Below the pieces are notes generated by a model. The model was not told the DNA's origin. It ran no database searches and worked only from the letters and a program-made list of their open reading frames with translations. Below are positions 37,623 through 46,331 of a stretch of DNA of 64,000 nt, in pieces. The translations under genes and the position numbers were made by a program. Source of the DNA: an uncultured Rhabdochlamydiaceae bacterium (lineage in GTDB: Bacteria; Chlamydiota; Chlamydiia; Chlamydiales; Rhabdochlamydiaceae); the NCBI GenBank assembly GCA_963712275.1, contig CAVQHD010000001.1, positions 1,504,001 through 1,568,000 on the forward strand, in the 5' to 3' direction. The first letter of the stretch is position 1; the number at the start of each line of letters is the position of its first letter.

Positions 37623-38348
37623 ATGGGTGCTGCTACCGTTTCTAAAATCAAGCAGATGCTTGATCCCCTTCCTATTGCCTCTACCCTTGGAGGAGTTGTC
37701 CAATGGTTGCAAAGTTGGAATATGCTAGACAAAGACCCCATCTTTCCCCTCTCTCAGTTGAGAGAATTTCATAAGTTTAATGAAGCTACCATTGCTACCA
37801 TCACCTCTGTGATTAAGTTGGTTTTACGCACAGGCGTTGCTGTCAAGATTTTACCTTATGTCGCATCCGTCCTTTCACTTTACAATGGATCAGTGGGCGT
37901 TTGCTACCTGGGAATTGGATCTTTCAACTACCTGCGCAAATCAGAAAATAACGAGACTGCCAAAGAATTACATCGGGGATTTACCTATATCCTCACAGCT
38001 GTTTATGACTTTGCCATCGGCTATTTCTTCGGAACTCCAACGCTTGGCCTCATTGCCGGCGCTGCCATCTTTGGGTTCATGCCTCATCATATCCTCGATG
38101 GACACCACTGGATCTTTCAAACCCTCCAAAAAGCACCTGATGCGCTAGAGAACAAACCCGACTCCGAAGGCAAAAAAACCTACCATGAGTTAGACCCAGA
38201 ATGCCAAATCTATCAACTTGCCAAAAGAATCACCTTAGGACTTTTGCCCTCGGCCTCAACAGAAGAGAAGTCGTTTGTCATGCGATGTACAAGCTGGTGC
38301 AACAGGTTCATCGGGCGCGAGAGGGCCGTGGAAAATTACGGTTTATAA
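37623..38348 (+). CDS. Hypothetical membrane protein
   Basis: GGAGG RBS; several hydrophobic segments. Confidence 0.7.
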   Translation: MGAATVSKIKQMLDPLPIASTLGGVVQWLQSWNMLDKDPIFPLSQLREFHKFNEATIATITSVIKLVLRTGVAVKILPYVASVLSLYNGSVGVCYLGIGSFNYLRKSENNETAKELHRGFTYILTAVYDFAIGYFFGTPTLGLIAGAAIFGFMPHHILDGHHWIFQTLQKAPDALENKPDSEGKKTYHELDPECQIYQLAKRITLGLLPSASTEEKSFVMRCTSWCNRFIGRERAVENYGL

Positions 38349-38420
38349 AATACATTGAACTAATAGAGATCCAAAAAGTAAAATGACAACAAAATGGACC
38401 GGGCGATCCCAGTCGGCATT

Positions 38421-38448
38421 AAACCTCGGAGAAGTGCCGGGGTTTTTT
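38421..38448 (+). terminator. Intrinsic terminator
   Basis: AAACCTCGG-AGAAGTG-CCGGGGTTTTTT. Confidence 0.65.
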
Positions 38449-38495
38449 GCTTTTCAGACAAGCAACAGTGCTACCGCTCACACTAAAAGTTTGGA

Positions 38496-38882
38496 CTAAT
38501 GTGGAATAATCCGTAACTTTTCAAGTCCACTGTCAACGATATCATCCAAGGTCTTACTAATTGATTTATGCATCTCCTTTGCTATCTTAGCAATATAGTA
38601 GTGGCGCTCACTTGTAGTTCGATAGGCAATATTACCTTTAAACTCCTCTTTTTTAATAGGCTCTGGAATTACCTCTCCATTTTTAAGATAAAGCCGAACG
38701 GCTCCTTCAATGGCTTCTTTGATATTGTCCATTCCTTCCTCCACTGTTTCAGCATCAGTGCAAATTCCAGGAAGCTCGTTTACTCGAATAATGTAATACC
38801 GTTTCCCCTTGTGGGTTTCTTGTTCTATGGTGTATGACCAGTTGAGGTTTAAGTAATAATTTAATTTTTTTTTAGTACCCAT
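38496..38882 (-). CDS. HicB-family antitoxin
   Basis: YYLNLNWSYTI, ELPGICTDAETVEEG, EVIPEP, FKGNIAYR RHH-like C-terminus. Confidence 0.85.
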   Translation of the reverse strand: MGTKKKLNYYLNLNWSYTIEQETHKGKRYYIIRVNELPGICTDAETVEEGMDNIKEAIEGAVRLYLKNGEVIPEPIKKEEFKGNIAYRTTSERHYYIAKIAKEMHKSISKTLDDIVDSGLEKLRIIPH

Positions 38883-38915
38883 GATCTCTTAAAATTTTCT
38901 TAAGTAGGAGATAAA

Positions 38916-39245
38916 TTAGCGTGTAGAGCTATACATGATTTTTGCAAGAGTCTTGATGGTTGGATTTCCATGTTTCAAAGCTGAATACATTGTAGATTTT
39001 GGCAGATCTGTTTGCTTTCGGAGCTTCGCTTTGTTTAAGGCTTCCAAATAAAGGACAATCATTTCCATTGCACCTTCTGGGTCATTGTCTTGCAAGCATT
39101 CCATTACTGCTAAAGCTGTTTTTTTTAAATCTATAAGCTCTTTCAAAGGATCTGCACGTGTGAGGCCGGGAATCTTATCGAGATCTAATTTGGTTGATCT
39201 TGCTAAAGACCTTTGACGCTTTTTTGATGTCCTTGTCTTGCCCAT
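38916..39245 (-). CDS. HTH antitoxin (addiction-module antidote type)
   Basis: KQTDLPKSTMYSALKHGNPTIKTLAKI; GGAGG RBS. Confidence 0.8.
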   Translation of the reverse strand: MGKTRTSKKRQRSLARSTKLDLDKIPGLTRADPLKELIDLKKTALAVMECLQDNDPEGAMEMIVLYLEALNKAKLRKQTDLPKSTMYSALKHGNPTIKTLAKIMYSSTR

Positions 39246-39482
39246 TTTTATTTCCTCCAAGTAACAGGATTACCTTTGCTTCTGGTATAAATCCATAGTA
39301 TATACGTCTCCCATCATTAAACTTTAACTCCCAAATACTATCTTCTAGATATTTGGATGTCCAAAATGTCCTTCAAGTTCAATGTTTAATACCCTCCCAT
39401 GAACTTGCTGTCGAGACTTGAGAGTTTGCGTTTCCAGCCAATCTCTGTACTCAGATGTTTCGTAGATGGTGTATTTTGCCAT
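39175..39482 (-). pseudogene. RelE/ParE-type toxin (addiction-module killer type), frameshifted
   Basis: MAKYTIYETSEYRDWLETQ...GHFGH then TAG; continues in another frame KYLEDSIWELKFNDGRRIYY...LLLGGNKNGQDKDIKKA. Confidence 0.8.
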
Positions 39483-39531
39483 TCAGTCAAAGCTCTTATC
39501 CAAAGTAAGGTACGACATATCGGACTTTTAT

Positions 39532-40752
39532 TCAAGAACTAATAGACGCAAGAAGACTCTGGAAGAGCGCCGCCTGCATTGAGGCTTGCTTAAAATACAT
39601 GGGAAAGCCATCAATGGTATGACATGCTTGAGAGAGGGCTTTCTCGAGGAAAGGGGTGGGCTCGATGGCAATATCCATAAGGGTTGCGCCAGGAATTATG
39701 TTGTGCATGGAAAGTGGATCTGGGGAAGATGTCGCGTTCACAAGAATGTCGTATGAGGGGATCTTTTCAGAGAACTTGCATCCCAGATAGGCCGCCAGCT
39801 GCTTCCCTTTTTCAAAGGTGCGGTTAACAATAGTGACAATTGCTCCCCGCTTGATGAGTTCGTAGGCAATTGCTTTTGCAGCCCCTCCGGCGCCAAGAAG
39901 AACAACCTGTTTGTTTTTGGTCGTGCCTAAGCTATCTGCTGCTGCCGGGCCATCGGTATTGACCCCTTCCCATCCCGCCTTTGTTCGATAGACCGTGTTG
40001 ACAGCTCCAATGGGTTGCCACTTCTTTGCCAGGGGTTGGAGGTAAGGAATCACCTCCTCTTTCAAAGGAGCTGTGACACTGAGGCCTATGATTGGAAGGT
40101 CTTGTATCATCTCAAAAAACAATTTCAGCTCACCTGCCTTGAGAGGCATTTTTACATAGACCCCATTTGCTTGCCGCTGCCGAAATTGATCATTGTGGAA
40201 TAAGTGGCCGATACTTTGCCGAACTGGATCGCCAATCAGTCCAAAAATCTGGGTTGAGGAATTAAGCTCTCTAAATCGGTAAATACAGGAGAGCTCGCTC
40301 CACAGAAGCTGCCCCAGAGCATTTTTATCACCGTCTTCCAGCGGGGCATACGCAATAGGAGCTCCCATGACCGGCGCCAAAATGCGCGTTACACTCCCCT
40401 TCTCTCCCATGCAAAGACCAATCACATTTGGATGTTTTTTCTGAAAGTGCAGCATGTGGAGAGCGTCGAGGGTCGATGTTGCAAAAGTGGCGAGTTTGTA
40501 ATAGCAGGCTTTAGGGTGTCTTGCCCGCATCTTGGCAAAAATTTCATCTAGATCAGGCGTTTCTTGGAAGTTGTGATATGAGACGATGAGATGGTCTAAG
40601 TGAGAGGGGGCTTTTTCTTTCCAGTCGATATCAATAAACCGAATATGTTCTTCTCGATCGAAAATGATTTTGACAGCCCCCTCTGTAAACTCGTAGAGAT
40701 CCACCGAGCGGACTGCCGGCCATTTTTTAACAGGCGCACAAACAAGCGTCAT
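39532..40752 (-). CDS. aroDE: Bifunctional 3-dehydroquinate dehydratase / shikimate dehydrogenase
   Basis: IVSYHNF, CMGEKG, GLSVTAPLKE, GAVNT, NTDG, GAGGAA, NRT. Confidence 0.92.
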   Translation of the reverse strand: MTLVCAPVKKWPAVRSVDLYEFTEGAVKIIFDREEHIRFIDIDWKEKAPSHLDHLIVSYHNFQETPDLDEIFAKMRARHPKACYYKLATFATSTLDALHMLHFQKKHPNVIGLCMGEKGSVTRILAPVMGAPIAYAPLEDGDKNALGQLLWSELSCIYRFRELNSSTQIFGLIGDPVRQSIGHLFHNDQFRQRQANGVYVKMPLKAGELKLFFEMIQDLPIIGLSVTAPLKEEVIPYLQPLAKKWQPIGAVNTVYRTKAGWEGVNTDGPAAADSLGTTKNKQVVLLGAGGAAKAIAYELIKRGAIVTIVNRTFEKGKQLAAYLGCKFSEKIPSYDILVNATSSPDPLSMHNIIPGATLMDIAIEPTPFLEKALSQACHTIDGFPMYFKQASMQAALFQSLLASISS

Positions 40753-40918
40753 ATACTCCGATTGGTTGAAAAATTCACTTTTGGGCTGACGTGAAAGCTC
40801 CCGCGGTTCGGTTATCGCAAGTGGGTTTGTATTGGATTAATACTGACCCACTTGCGATAACCGAACCCCGGGGCTTTGACGCAGCCCCAATGTAAATTTT
40901 TCAACCAATCGGAGTATA
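40752..40918. repeat. Palindromic element P2 (167 bp, TATA at both ends)
   Basis: TATACTCCGATTGGTTGAAAAATT...AATTTTTCAACCAATCGGAGTATA outer arms and GGTTCGGTTATCGCAAGTGGGT/ACCCACTTGCGATAACCGAACC inner arms. Confidence 0.93.
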
Positions 40919-41815
40919 AAGTACCTGGGTTAAGAGAGATTCTGGAACAGGATGGCAAAACCGTCCTCCACCAAGATAAGGTCGTCCAACCCTTTCAAGG
41001 AGTACAAAATGAGGGATGCCCCCTTGTGACTTCTTATCCCTTTTTAGCTGCTCAATGATTCTTTCAGGATTGAAAGGAATGGAGACCGGAGGAAATCTGG
41101 CTTCGATAGCAGCAAGCTCTTCATGAGGCAAAAGACCGAGCGCAGAAGAGAGGCGCGCTTCTAAGACGATGCCGAAACTGACTGCCCTCCCATGAGAAAG
41201 GGTGTAATTCGACAACGTTTCAAGGGCATGGCCGATGGTATGCCCTAAGTTTAAAAGAGTTCGGCACCCTTTCTCTTGCGGATCTTGCGCCACGATCCTT
41301 CTTTTTCCTTCAATCGCTCGAAGAATCATCTTTTCAAGAGGTTGAGGATAATAAAAGAGGTCGGGATCTGAAATAAGCCCTAGCTTTAAGATTTCGGCAA
41401 TTCCATTTTCCCATTCAGCCGCTGGCAATGTTTCAAGAAAAGGGGGATGAAGGAGGATTTTTTCAGGAACATAGTAGGAGCCGATGAGATTTTTCCCTTC
41501 GGGCAGATTTAACGCCGTTTTCCCTCCGATTGCTGCATCGACCATGGCAAGAAGCGTCGTTGGAATCAAGATCAGCGGAACCCCGCGGCAAAAGGTGCTC
41601 GCCACAAATCCTGCCAGATCAGTGATCATCCCTCCCCCTAGGGCGATGATGGTCGTCTCTCTACCATAACCGGCAAGGATGAGTTGAGATAAAAGAGTCT
41701 GATAGGTTTGTAGAGATTTTGACTGCTCTCCAGCAGGGACAATAAAAAGATCCTTGCCCATTTTCTTGCCATAGAGCTCTGCGACGTTTGTATCGGTGAT
41801 AATGGCATGCTTCAT
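40901..41815 (-). CDS. aroB: 3-dehydroquinate synthase
   Basis: GGGMITDLAGF, PTTLLAMVDAAIGGKT, KNLIG, LNLGHTIGHALE, DKK. Confidence 0.95.
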   Translation of the reverse strand: MKHAIITDTNVAELYGKKMGKDLFIVPAGEQSKSLQTYQTLLSQLILAGYGRETTIIALGGGMITDLAGFVASTFCRGVPLILIPTTLLAMVDAAIGGKTALNLPEGKNLIGSYYVPEKILLHPPFLETLPAAEWENGIAEILKLGLISDPDLFYYPQPLEKMILRAIEGKRRIVAQDPQEKGCRTLLNLGHTIGHALETLSNYTLSHGRAVSFGIVLEARLSSALGLLPHEELAAIEARFPPVSIPFNPERIIEQLKRDKKSQGGIPHFVLLERVGRPYLGGGRFCHPVPESLLTQVLYTPIG

Positions 41816-42888
41816 AAATGGACAGTGCGATTGTGAAGGACAGCATCGATAAGAACGAGCGCCACCATCGCTTCGACCACGGGGACAGCTCGAATCGCAA
41901 GGCAGGGATCGTGACGGGCTGCAGAAGAGAGCTTAAGCGTTGTCATCTCCCCTGCTGTTGTGACCGTCTCTTGAGGTTTACGAATACTCGAGGTTGGCTT
42001 AAAAGCCACACGGCCAATGAGAGGAAGTCCCGTTGAGATTCCCCCTAAAATTCCGCCGGCATGGTTTGATGCAGGCTCAATTCCCCCCTCTTGTACAGTG
42101 AATCGATCGTTATGTTCAGACCCTCTCATTGCCGCTGCCTGAAACCCCTCCCCAATTTCAAACCCTTTACTCGCTGGAATCGAGAGCATGGCGCTCGCAA
42201 GAGAGGCTTCTAATTTCTCATAAATAGGGTCCCCCAGCCCTGCCGGCACTCCTTCTGCCCGAAATTCCACGACACCTCCCAAAGAGTCTCCCTCTTCTTT
42301 GACCTTTGTGAGCACCTCAACCATGCAAGAAGAAGCCTCAGCATCAGGGCAATAGACGGGGCTCTCATAAGTCCGATGAAACTCTAGCAGATGGTGCGCT
42401 TGAATAGAGCCAAGTTGGATCAAGTAGGCGTGGCATCTGATCCCCCAATGGTTCAGAACTTTTTTAGCAACAGCTCCAGCAGCGACACGGCATGCGGTTT
42501 CACGGCCTGAAGCACGCCCTCCGCCTCGGTGATCGAAAATTCCATACTTGGCAAGATAGGTAAATCCAGCATGACCTGGCCTAAAAAGGTGCTCCAGCCC
42601 CTCGTAAGCTGCCGAGTCGTGATTTTGGTTCCGAATGAGAATCGAGATCGGGGCCCCTGTTGTTCTCCCTTTAAAAACCCCTGATAGGATCTCCGGCACA
42701 TCCTCTTCTTGACGAGGCGATGTAAGAGGAAGGTAGCCCGGAGCTCGCCGCTTCAGATCCACCTCCAAGTCTTCTGCTGAAAGCTCAAGCCCTGCAGGGC
42801 ACCCATCGATGACAACGCCAATAGCGGGGCCATGAGATTCGCCCCAAGTAGTTATTCGGAAAAGGGATCCAAACGAATGACTTCCCAT
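41812..42888 (-). CDS. aroC: Chorismate synthase
   Basis: TWGESHG, RPGHA, GGRASGRETA, KPTSSI, RHDPC. Confidence 0.97.
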   Translation of the reverse strand: MGSHSFGSLFRITTWGESHGPAIGVVIDGCPAGLELSAEDLEVDLKRRAPGYLPLTSPRQEEDVPEILSGVFKGRTTGAPISILIRNQNHDSAAYEGLEHLFRPGHAGFTYLAKYGIFDHRGGGRASGRETACRVAAGAVAKKVLNHWGIRCHAYLIQLGSIQAHHLLEFHRTYESPVYCPDAEASSCMVEVLTKVKEEGDSLGGVVEFRAEGVPAGLGDPIYEKLEASLASAMLSIPASKGFEIGEGFQAAAMRGSEHNDRFTVQEGGIEPASNHAGGILGGISTGLPLIGRVAFKPTSSIRKPQETVTTAGEMTTLKLSSAARHDPCLAIRAVPVVEAMVALVLIDAVLHNRTVHL

Positions 42889-43337
42889 AACTCAGCCTCA
42901 GTGATGATGTTATGATGCGCCATTGAAGTATAAATGCCAAGCCGATCGTGATAAGTCTCTTCAAACCGCTCCTCTGCATTGGGTCCCTCCAAAAACGTCG
43001 GAAGCTCTACTGAAAAAATCCGGTTTTTAATTATCTCTTTTGGTGTCTGAAGATGCACCACAACCCCCAGCTCACGCAAAAGATGACGATTGCCAGGGTC
43101 CAGTACAATCCCCCCTCCTGTTGCAATCACATGTCTTGTCACCGATGAAAGAGTTTGAAGAAACTCTTGTTCAAGCGCCCTAAACGATGCTTCCCCTATC
43201 TGACGCACCACCTCGCGGGGAGATGGCTGAAAAAAAGCGTCTGTGTCGACAAAGGAGCAGTGAAGATTTGCTGCGACCTTTTGCCCCAGTGTCGTTTTGC
43301 CTGCTGACTTAAAACCAATGAGAATGAGATTTTTCAA
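42852..43337 (-). CDS. aroK: Shikimate kinase
   Basis: GFKSAGKTT, FVDTD, FRALE, IATGGG. Confidence 0.93.
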   Translation of the reverse strand: MKNLILIGFKSAGKTTLGQKVAANLHCSFVDTDAFFQPSPREVVRQIGEASFRALEQEFLQTLSSVTRHVIATGGGIVLDPGNRHLLRELGVVVHLQTPKEIIKNRIFSVELPTFLEGPNAEERFEETYHDRLGIYTSMAHHNIITEAELWEVIRLDPFSE

Positions 43338-43364
43338 TTAACACCTATTTGGGTTGAAGAGCAC

Positions 43365-44627
43365 TTACTCGCTAAGACGCGCCCCCAACTGTCTAAGCTT
43401 ATTAAAATACCCAGGAAAGCTTTTTGAGACCACTTCGGTTCCAACAATTTCTGTAGGGCCATGGGCTGCAAGGGCTGCAACGGAGAGGGCAAGGGCCATT
43501 CGGTGGTCGGCGTGGCAAAAGACCCGGGCTCCTTTGAGTTCAGAGGGGTAGATGGTCATTCCATCAGAGGTCTCTTCAATCTGAGCTCCCATTTTTTTGA
43601 GCTCTGTTACGATAGCTTGGATGCGATCACATTCCTTGAAACGGGCAATGGCGCCTCCATAAATCTCGGTTGGCTTGTCTGCATGGCATGCCAGAACAGG
43701 AAGGAGGGTAATGGCGTCGATGAATTTTCCAATATCAATGCGTGCTCCTTTAAGACGGGATCCACGATGAAGGGTAAGACTTGTGCTATTCGTGGAGATT
43801 TTTGCGCCCATCTGCTCTAGGAGAGTGACGACCTCTTTATCCCCTTGAGGATCATCGAAGTCAAGTCCGTGTAGTGTGATCTCAGAATCGGTCATGAGCG
43901 CAGCCGCAATTGGGTAGAGCGCCGAGCTCCAATCTCCTGGAACGCGATAGGTCAATCCTTGGATCTCCGCTCCTCCCGAAAGGCGGTAATGTTCAAAGCT
44001 GTGATTCTGATAGGGAATGTTAAATCGATCGAGCCAGCTTAAGGTCAGGGCAATCCAAGGAAGTTCTCCTGGGTTTCTGACAAAAAGCTCTGTTTTTTCA
44101 GAGGCAAAGGAAGCAGCGATAAGAAGACCTGAGATCGGTTGAGAATCTTCTCCTGAGACTTCTGCAATTCCCCCTCTTAAAGGGCCTCGAACGATCAGGG
44201 GGGCATGCGAGTCTCCTCGCGCTGAAACGGCCCAAGCACCGAGTTGCTCAAGCCCTTCAATGAGAGGCAGGACCTGCCGTCGAGACCGAATAGAATGATC
44301 CCCTGTGATCACCGTATAGGTAGGGAGGAGGGCGCTGACCGCTCCAATGAATCGGAGCACTTGCCCCGAATTTCCTGCATCAATCACATCCTCTGCTGGC
44401 TTTAGCCCTCCCTCGATTTCCATTCTGTCTGAAAAAGAGGCGATTTGAGCCCCCAGAAGAGTGCAAGCCCGAGCCATCGCTTGGGTGTCTGGCGACAGTA
44501 GGGGGTTAAAAATCGTGCTGCGGCCCTTAGCAAGAAGAGAAAAAACAAGAGCGCGCATTGTTTGAGATTTAGAAGGAGGAACGGTCATCTCTCCGGAGAG
44601 AGTTGACCGCTCAATTACAATTTTCAA
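43365..44627 (-). CDS. aroA: EPSP synthase
   Basis: PPSKS, GNSG, DSQ, KECDR, DHRMA, KSFP. Confidence 0.95.
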   Translation of the reverse strand: MKIVIERSTLSGEMTVPPSKSQTMRALVFSLLAKGRSTIFNPLLSPDTQAMARACTLLGAQIASFSDRMEIEGGLKPAEDVIDAGNSGQVLRFIGAVSALLPTYTVITGDHSIRSRRQVLPLIEGLEQLGAWAVSARGDSHAPLIVRGPLRGGIAEVSGEDSQPISGLLIAASFASEKTELFVRNPGELPWIALTLSWLDRFNIPYQNHSFEHYRLSGGAEIQGLTYRVPGDWSSALYPIAAALMTDSEITLHGLDFDDPQGDKEVVTLLEQMGAKISTNSTSLTLHRGSRLKGARIDIGKFIDAITLLPVLACHADKPTEIYGGAIARFKECDRIQAIVTELKKMGAQIEETSDGMTIYPSELKGARVFCHADHRMALALSVAALAAHGPTEIVGTEVVSKSFPGYFNKLRQLGARLSE

Positions 44628-45238
44628 TTGATACCGAGAAGCTCCATTTCAAAAACAAGGGTTGTACAAGGGCCGATTTCATTTCCAAAACCTGCCTCTC
44701 CATAGGCGAGGTAGTGAGGGATAATAATTTGCCATTTATCTCCAACGCGCATGAGTTGCAGCGCCTCCGACCATCCTGGGATCACGCGATTTAAAGGAAA
44801 TACTTGAGGCTTGCCCCGTTCATAACTGCTGTCAAAGATCGTGCCATTGATAAAACTTCCACGGTAATGGACGGAGACGACATCTGCTGCTGTCGGCTTA
44901 GGCCCTGTCCCTGGATGGAGGACTTTATATTGAAGCCCGCTCTTAAGAGTGGTCACTCCCTCTTCTTGTTTGTTTTTGTCGAGAAACTCTTCCCCTTGCT
45001 GCCGATTTTGCTCCGAGAGCTTGGCGTAAAATTGCTTCTGCTGCGCTTCAACCTGCTGCCGAAGGGCCTGCATAATCGACTGAATTTCATCTTGGGGCAA
45101 CTTGGGGTTATTATTGGCAATAGCATCCTCAAACCCTTTTCTTAAAAGGTCGGCATCCATATCGCTGAACTGCCGTTGCAGGTTTCTAGCTGTTTCAAGT
45201 CCTAGGCAATAGCTGACTTTTTCCCGAGTTGACTTCAT
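44624..45238 (-). CDS. FKBP-type peptidyl-prolyl isomerase (Mip-like)
   Basis: SGLQYKV, VHYRG, FDSS, VIPGWSEAL, LAYG. Confidence 0.93.
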   Translation of the reverse strand: MKSTREKVSYCLGLETARNLQRQFSDMDADLLRKGFEDAIANNNPKLPQDEIQSIMQALRQQVEAQQKQFYAKLSEQNRQQGEEFLDKNKQEEGVTTLKSGLQYKVLHPGTGPKPTAADVVSVHYRGSFINGTIFDSSYERGKPQVFPLNRVIPGWSEALQLMRVGDKWQIIIPHYLAYGEAGFGNEIGPCTTLVFEMELLGIN

Positions 45239-45315
45239 GAAGATCTCCTATATGTAAAATACCCTGGTATAACTGACATTTGATAATCGATCAAGGATTA
45301 TGCTATACTGTTTTA

Positions 45316-46149
45316 ATGAAAGCAAAAGTTACAGAAAAAAGTTTACTTTTAGACATCCTACAGAAACTCAGCCCTGATAGCTCACAAAATTGTTTAAAAT
45401 CGTGGGTTGAAAAAGGACGTGTTTTAATCGACGGCCTTGTTGCCAAACGGCACCATATGTTCCTTGAAGCTGGACAAGAAGTCGTCGTAGGACCCAAAGC
45501 CTCTTTTACAGATGGAGGGATTAAAATTGTCTATGAAGACCGGTCCTTAGTTGTGATCGATAAGCCAGACCGTCTTCTTTCTGTAGCTAGTTTAACGGAG
45601 GAAGATCGAACTGTTCATGCGATTTTAAAACGGCGTCTTAATAAAGCGGTTCATGCAGTCCATCGTCTAGATCGAGATACATCAGGCCTAATGATGTTTG
45701 CTTACACTCCACAAGCGCAGCATGCTTTAAAAAAACAATTTGAGGCGCATACAGTCAGCCGCCTTTATGTTGCTTTAGTTGAGGGACATCTGGCGGAGAA
45801 GCAAGGAACGTGGCAAAGCTTTTTGCAAGAAGACGCTAACTACCACGTCCGAAGCGGCCCAGCGGGGCAATGGGCTGTCACCCACTACGAAGTGCTTGCT
45901 GTGAAGCCGACCTTTTCTTGCGTTCGGTTCATGTTGGAGACAGGGCGCAAAAACCAAATTCGAGTTCACGCTGCGGAGGCGGGCCACCCAGTGCTAGGAG
46001 ACCGAAAATATGGAGCGCGCACCAACCCTTTTGACCGTCTCTGCCTCCACGCCTACGAGCTTGAATTCACCCACCCTTTTCTGAATAAAAAACTCCGCTT
46101 TAGGTCTTCTCTTCCCTCTCCGTTTGCTCCCTTTGCCCATAAACTTTAA
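45316..46149 (+). CDS. RluA family pseudouridine synthase
   Basis: S4-like N-terminus, DKP, VHRLDRDTSG, TGRKNQIRVH, GDRKYG, LCLHA. Confidence 0.93.
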   Translation: MKAKVTEKSLLLDILQKLSPDSSQNCLKSWVEKGRVLIDGLVAKRHHMFLEAGQEVVVGPKASFTDGGIKIVYEDRSLVVIDKPDRLLSVASLTEEDRTVHAILKRRLNKAVHAVHRLDRDTSGLMMFAYTPQAQHALKKQFEAHTVSRLYVALVEGHLAEKQGTWQSFLQEDANYHVRSGPAGQWAVTHYEVLAVKPTFSCVRFMLETGRKNQIRVHAAEAGHPVLGDRKYGARTNPFDRLCLHAYELEFTHPFLNKKLRFRSSLPSPFAPFAHKL

Positions 46150-46323
46150 AAATCTTTGAAACTTTTGCTCACTCGTGCTTATTTCCATTTCTTCACCACG
46201 GAGACACGGAGAGGGATGAGATTGCACAGAGAAATTCTTCCCTCTGTGCAATCTCATCCCTCTCCGTGTCTCCGTGGTGAAGAAATGTAAATAAGCACGT
46301 GTCAACAGAAGTTTCAAATATTT
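46150..46323. repeat. Palindromic element P3 (about 174 bp; 46-bp perfect core stem, 10-nt loop)
   Basis: 46186-46231 is the exact reverse complement of 46242-46287; imperfect pairing extends outward (TTTGAAACTT / AAGTTTCAAA). Confidence 0.93.
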
Positions 46324-46331
46324 ATTCTAGT

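Noticed and set aside
40750..40921. Firm claim of an ancestral AroB-AroDE fusion
   Set aside because: Only one of three possible empty-site reconstructions gives a fusion; it cannot be decided from this window.
45994..46317. 107-aa minus-strand ORF across P3
   Set aside because: Composed of palindrome sequence plus antisense of the pseudouridine synthase gene; no recognisable domain.
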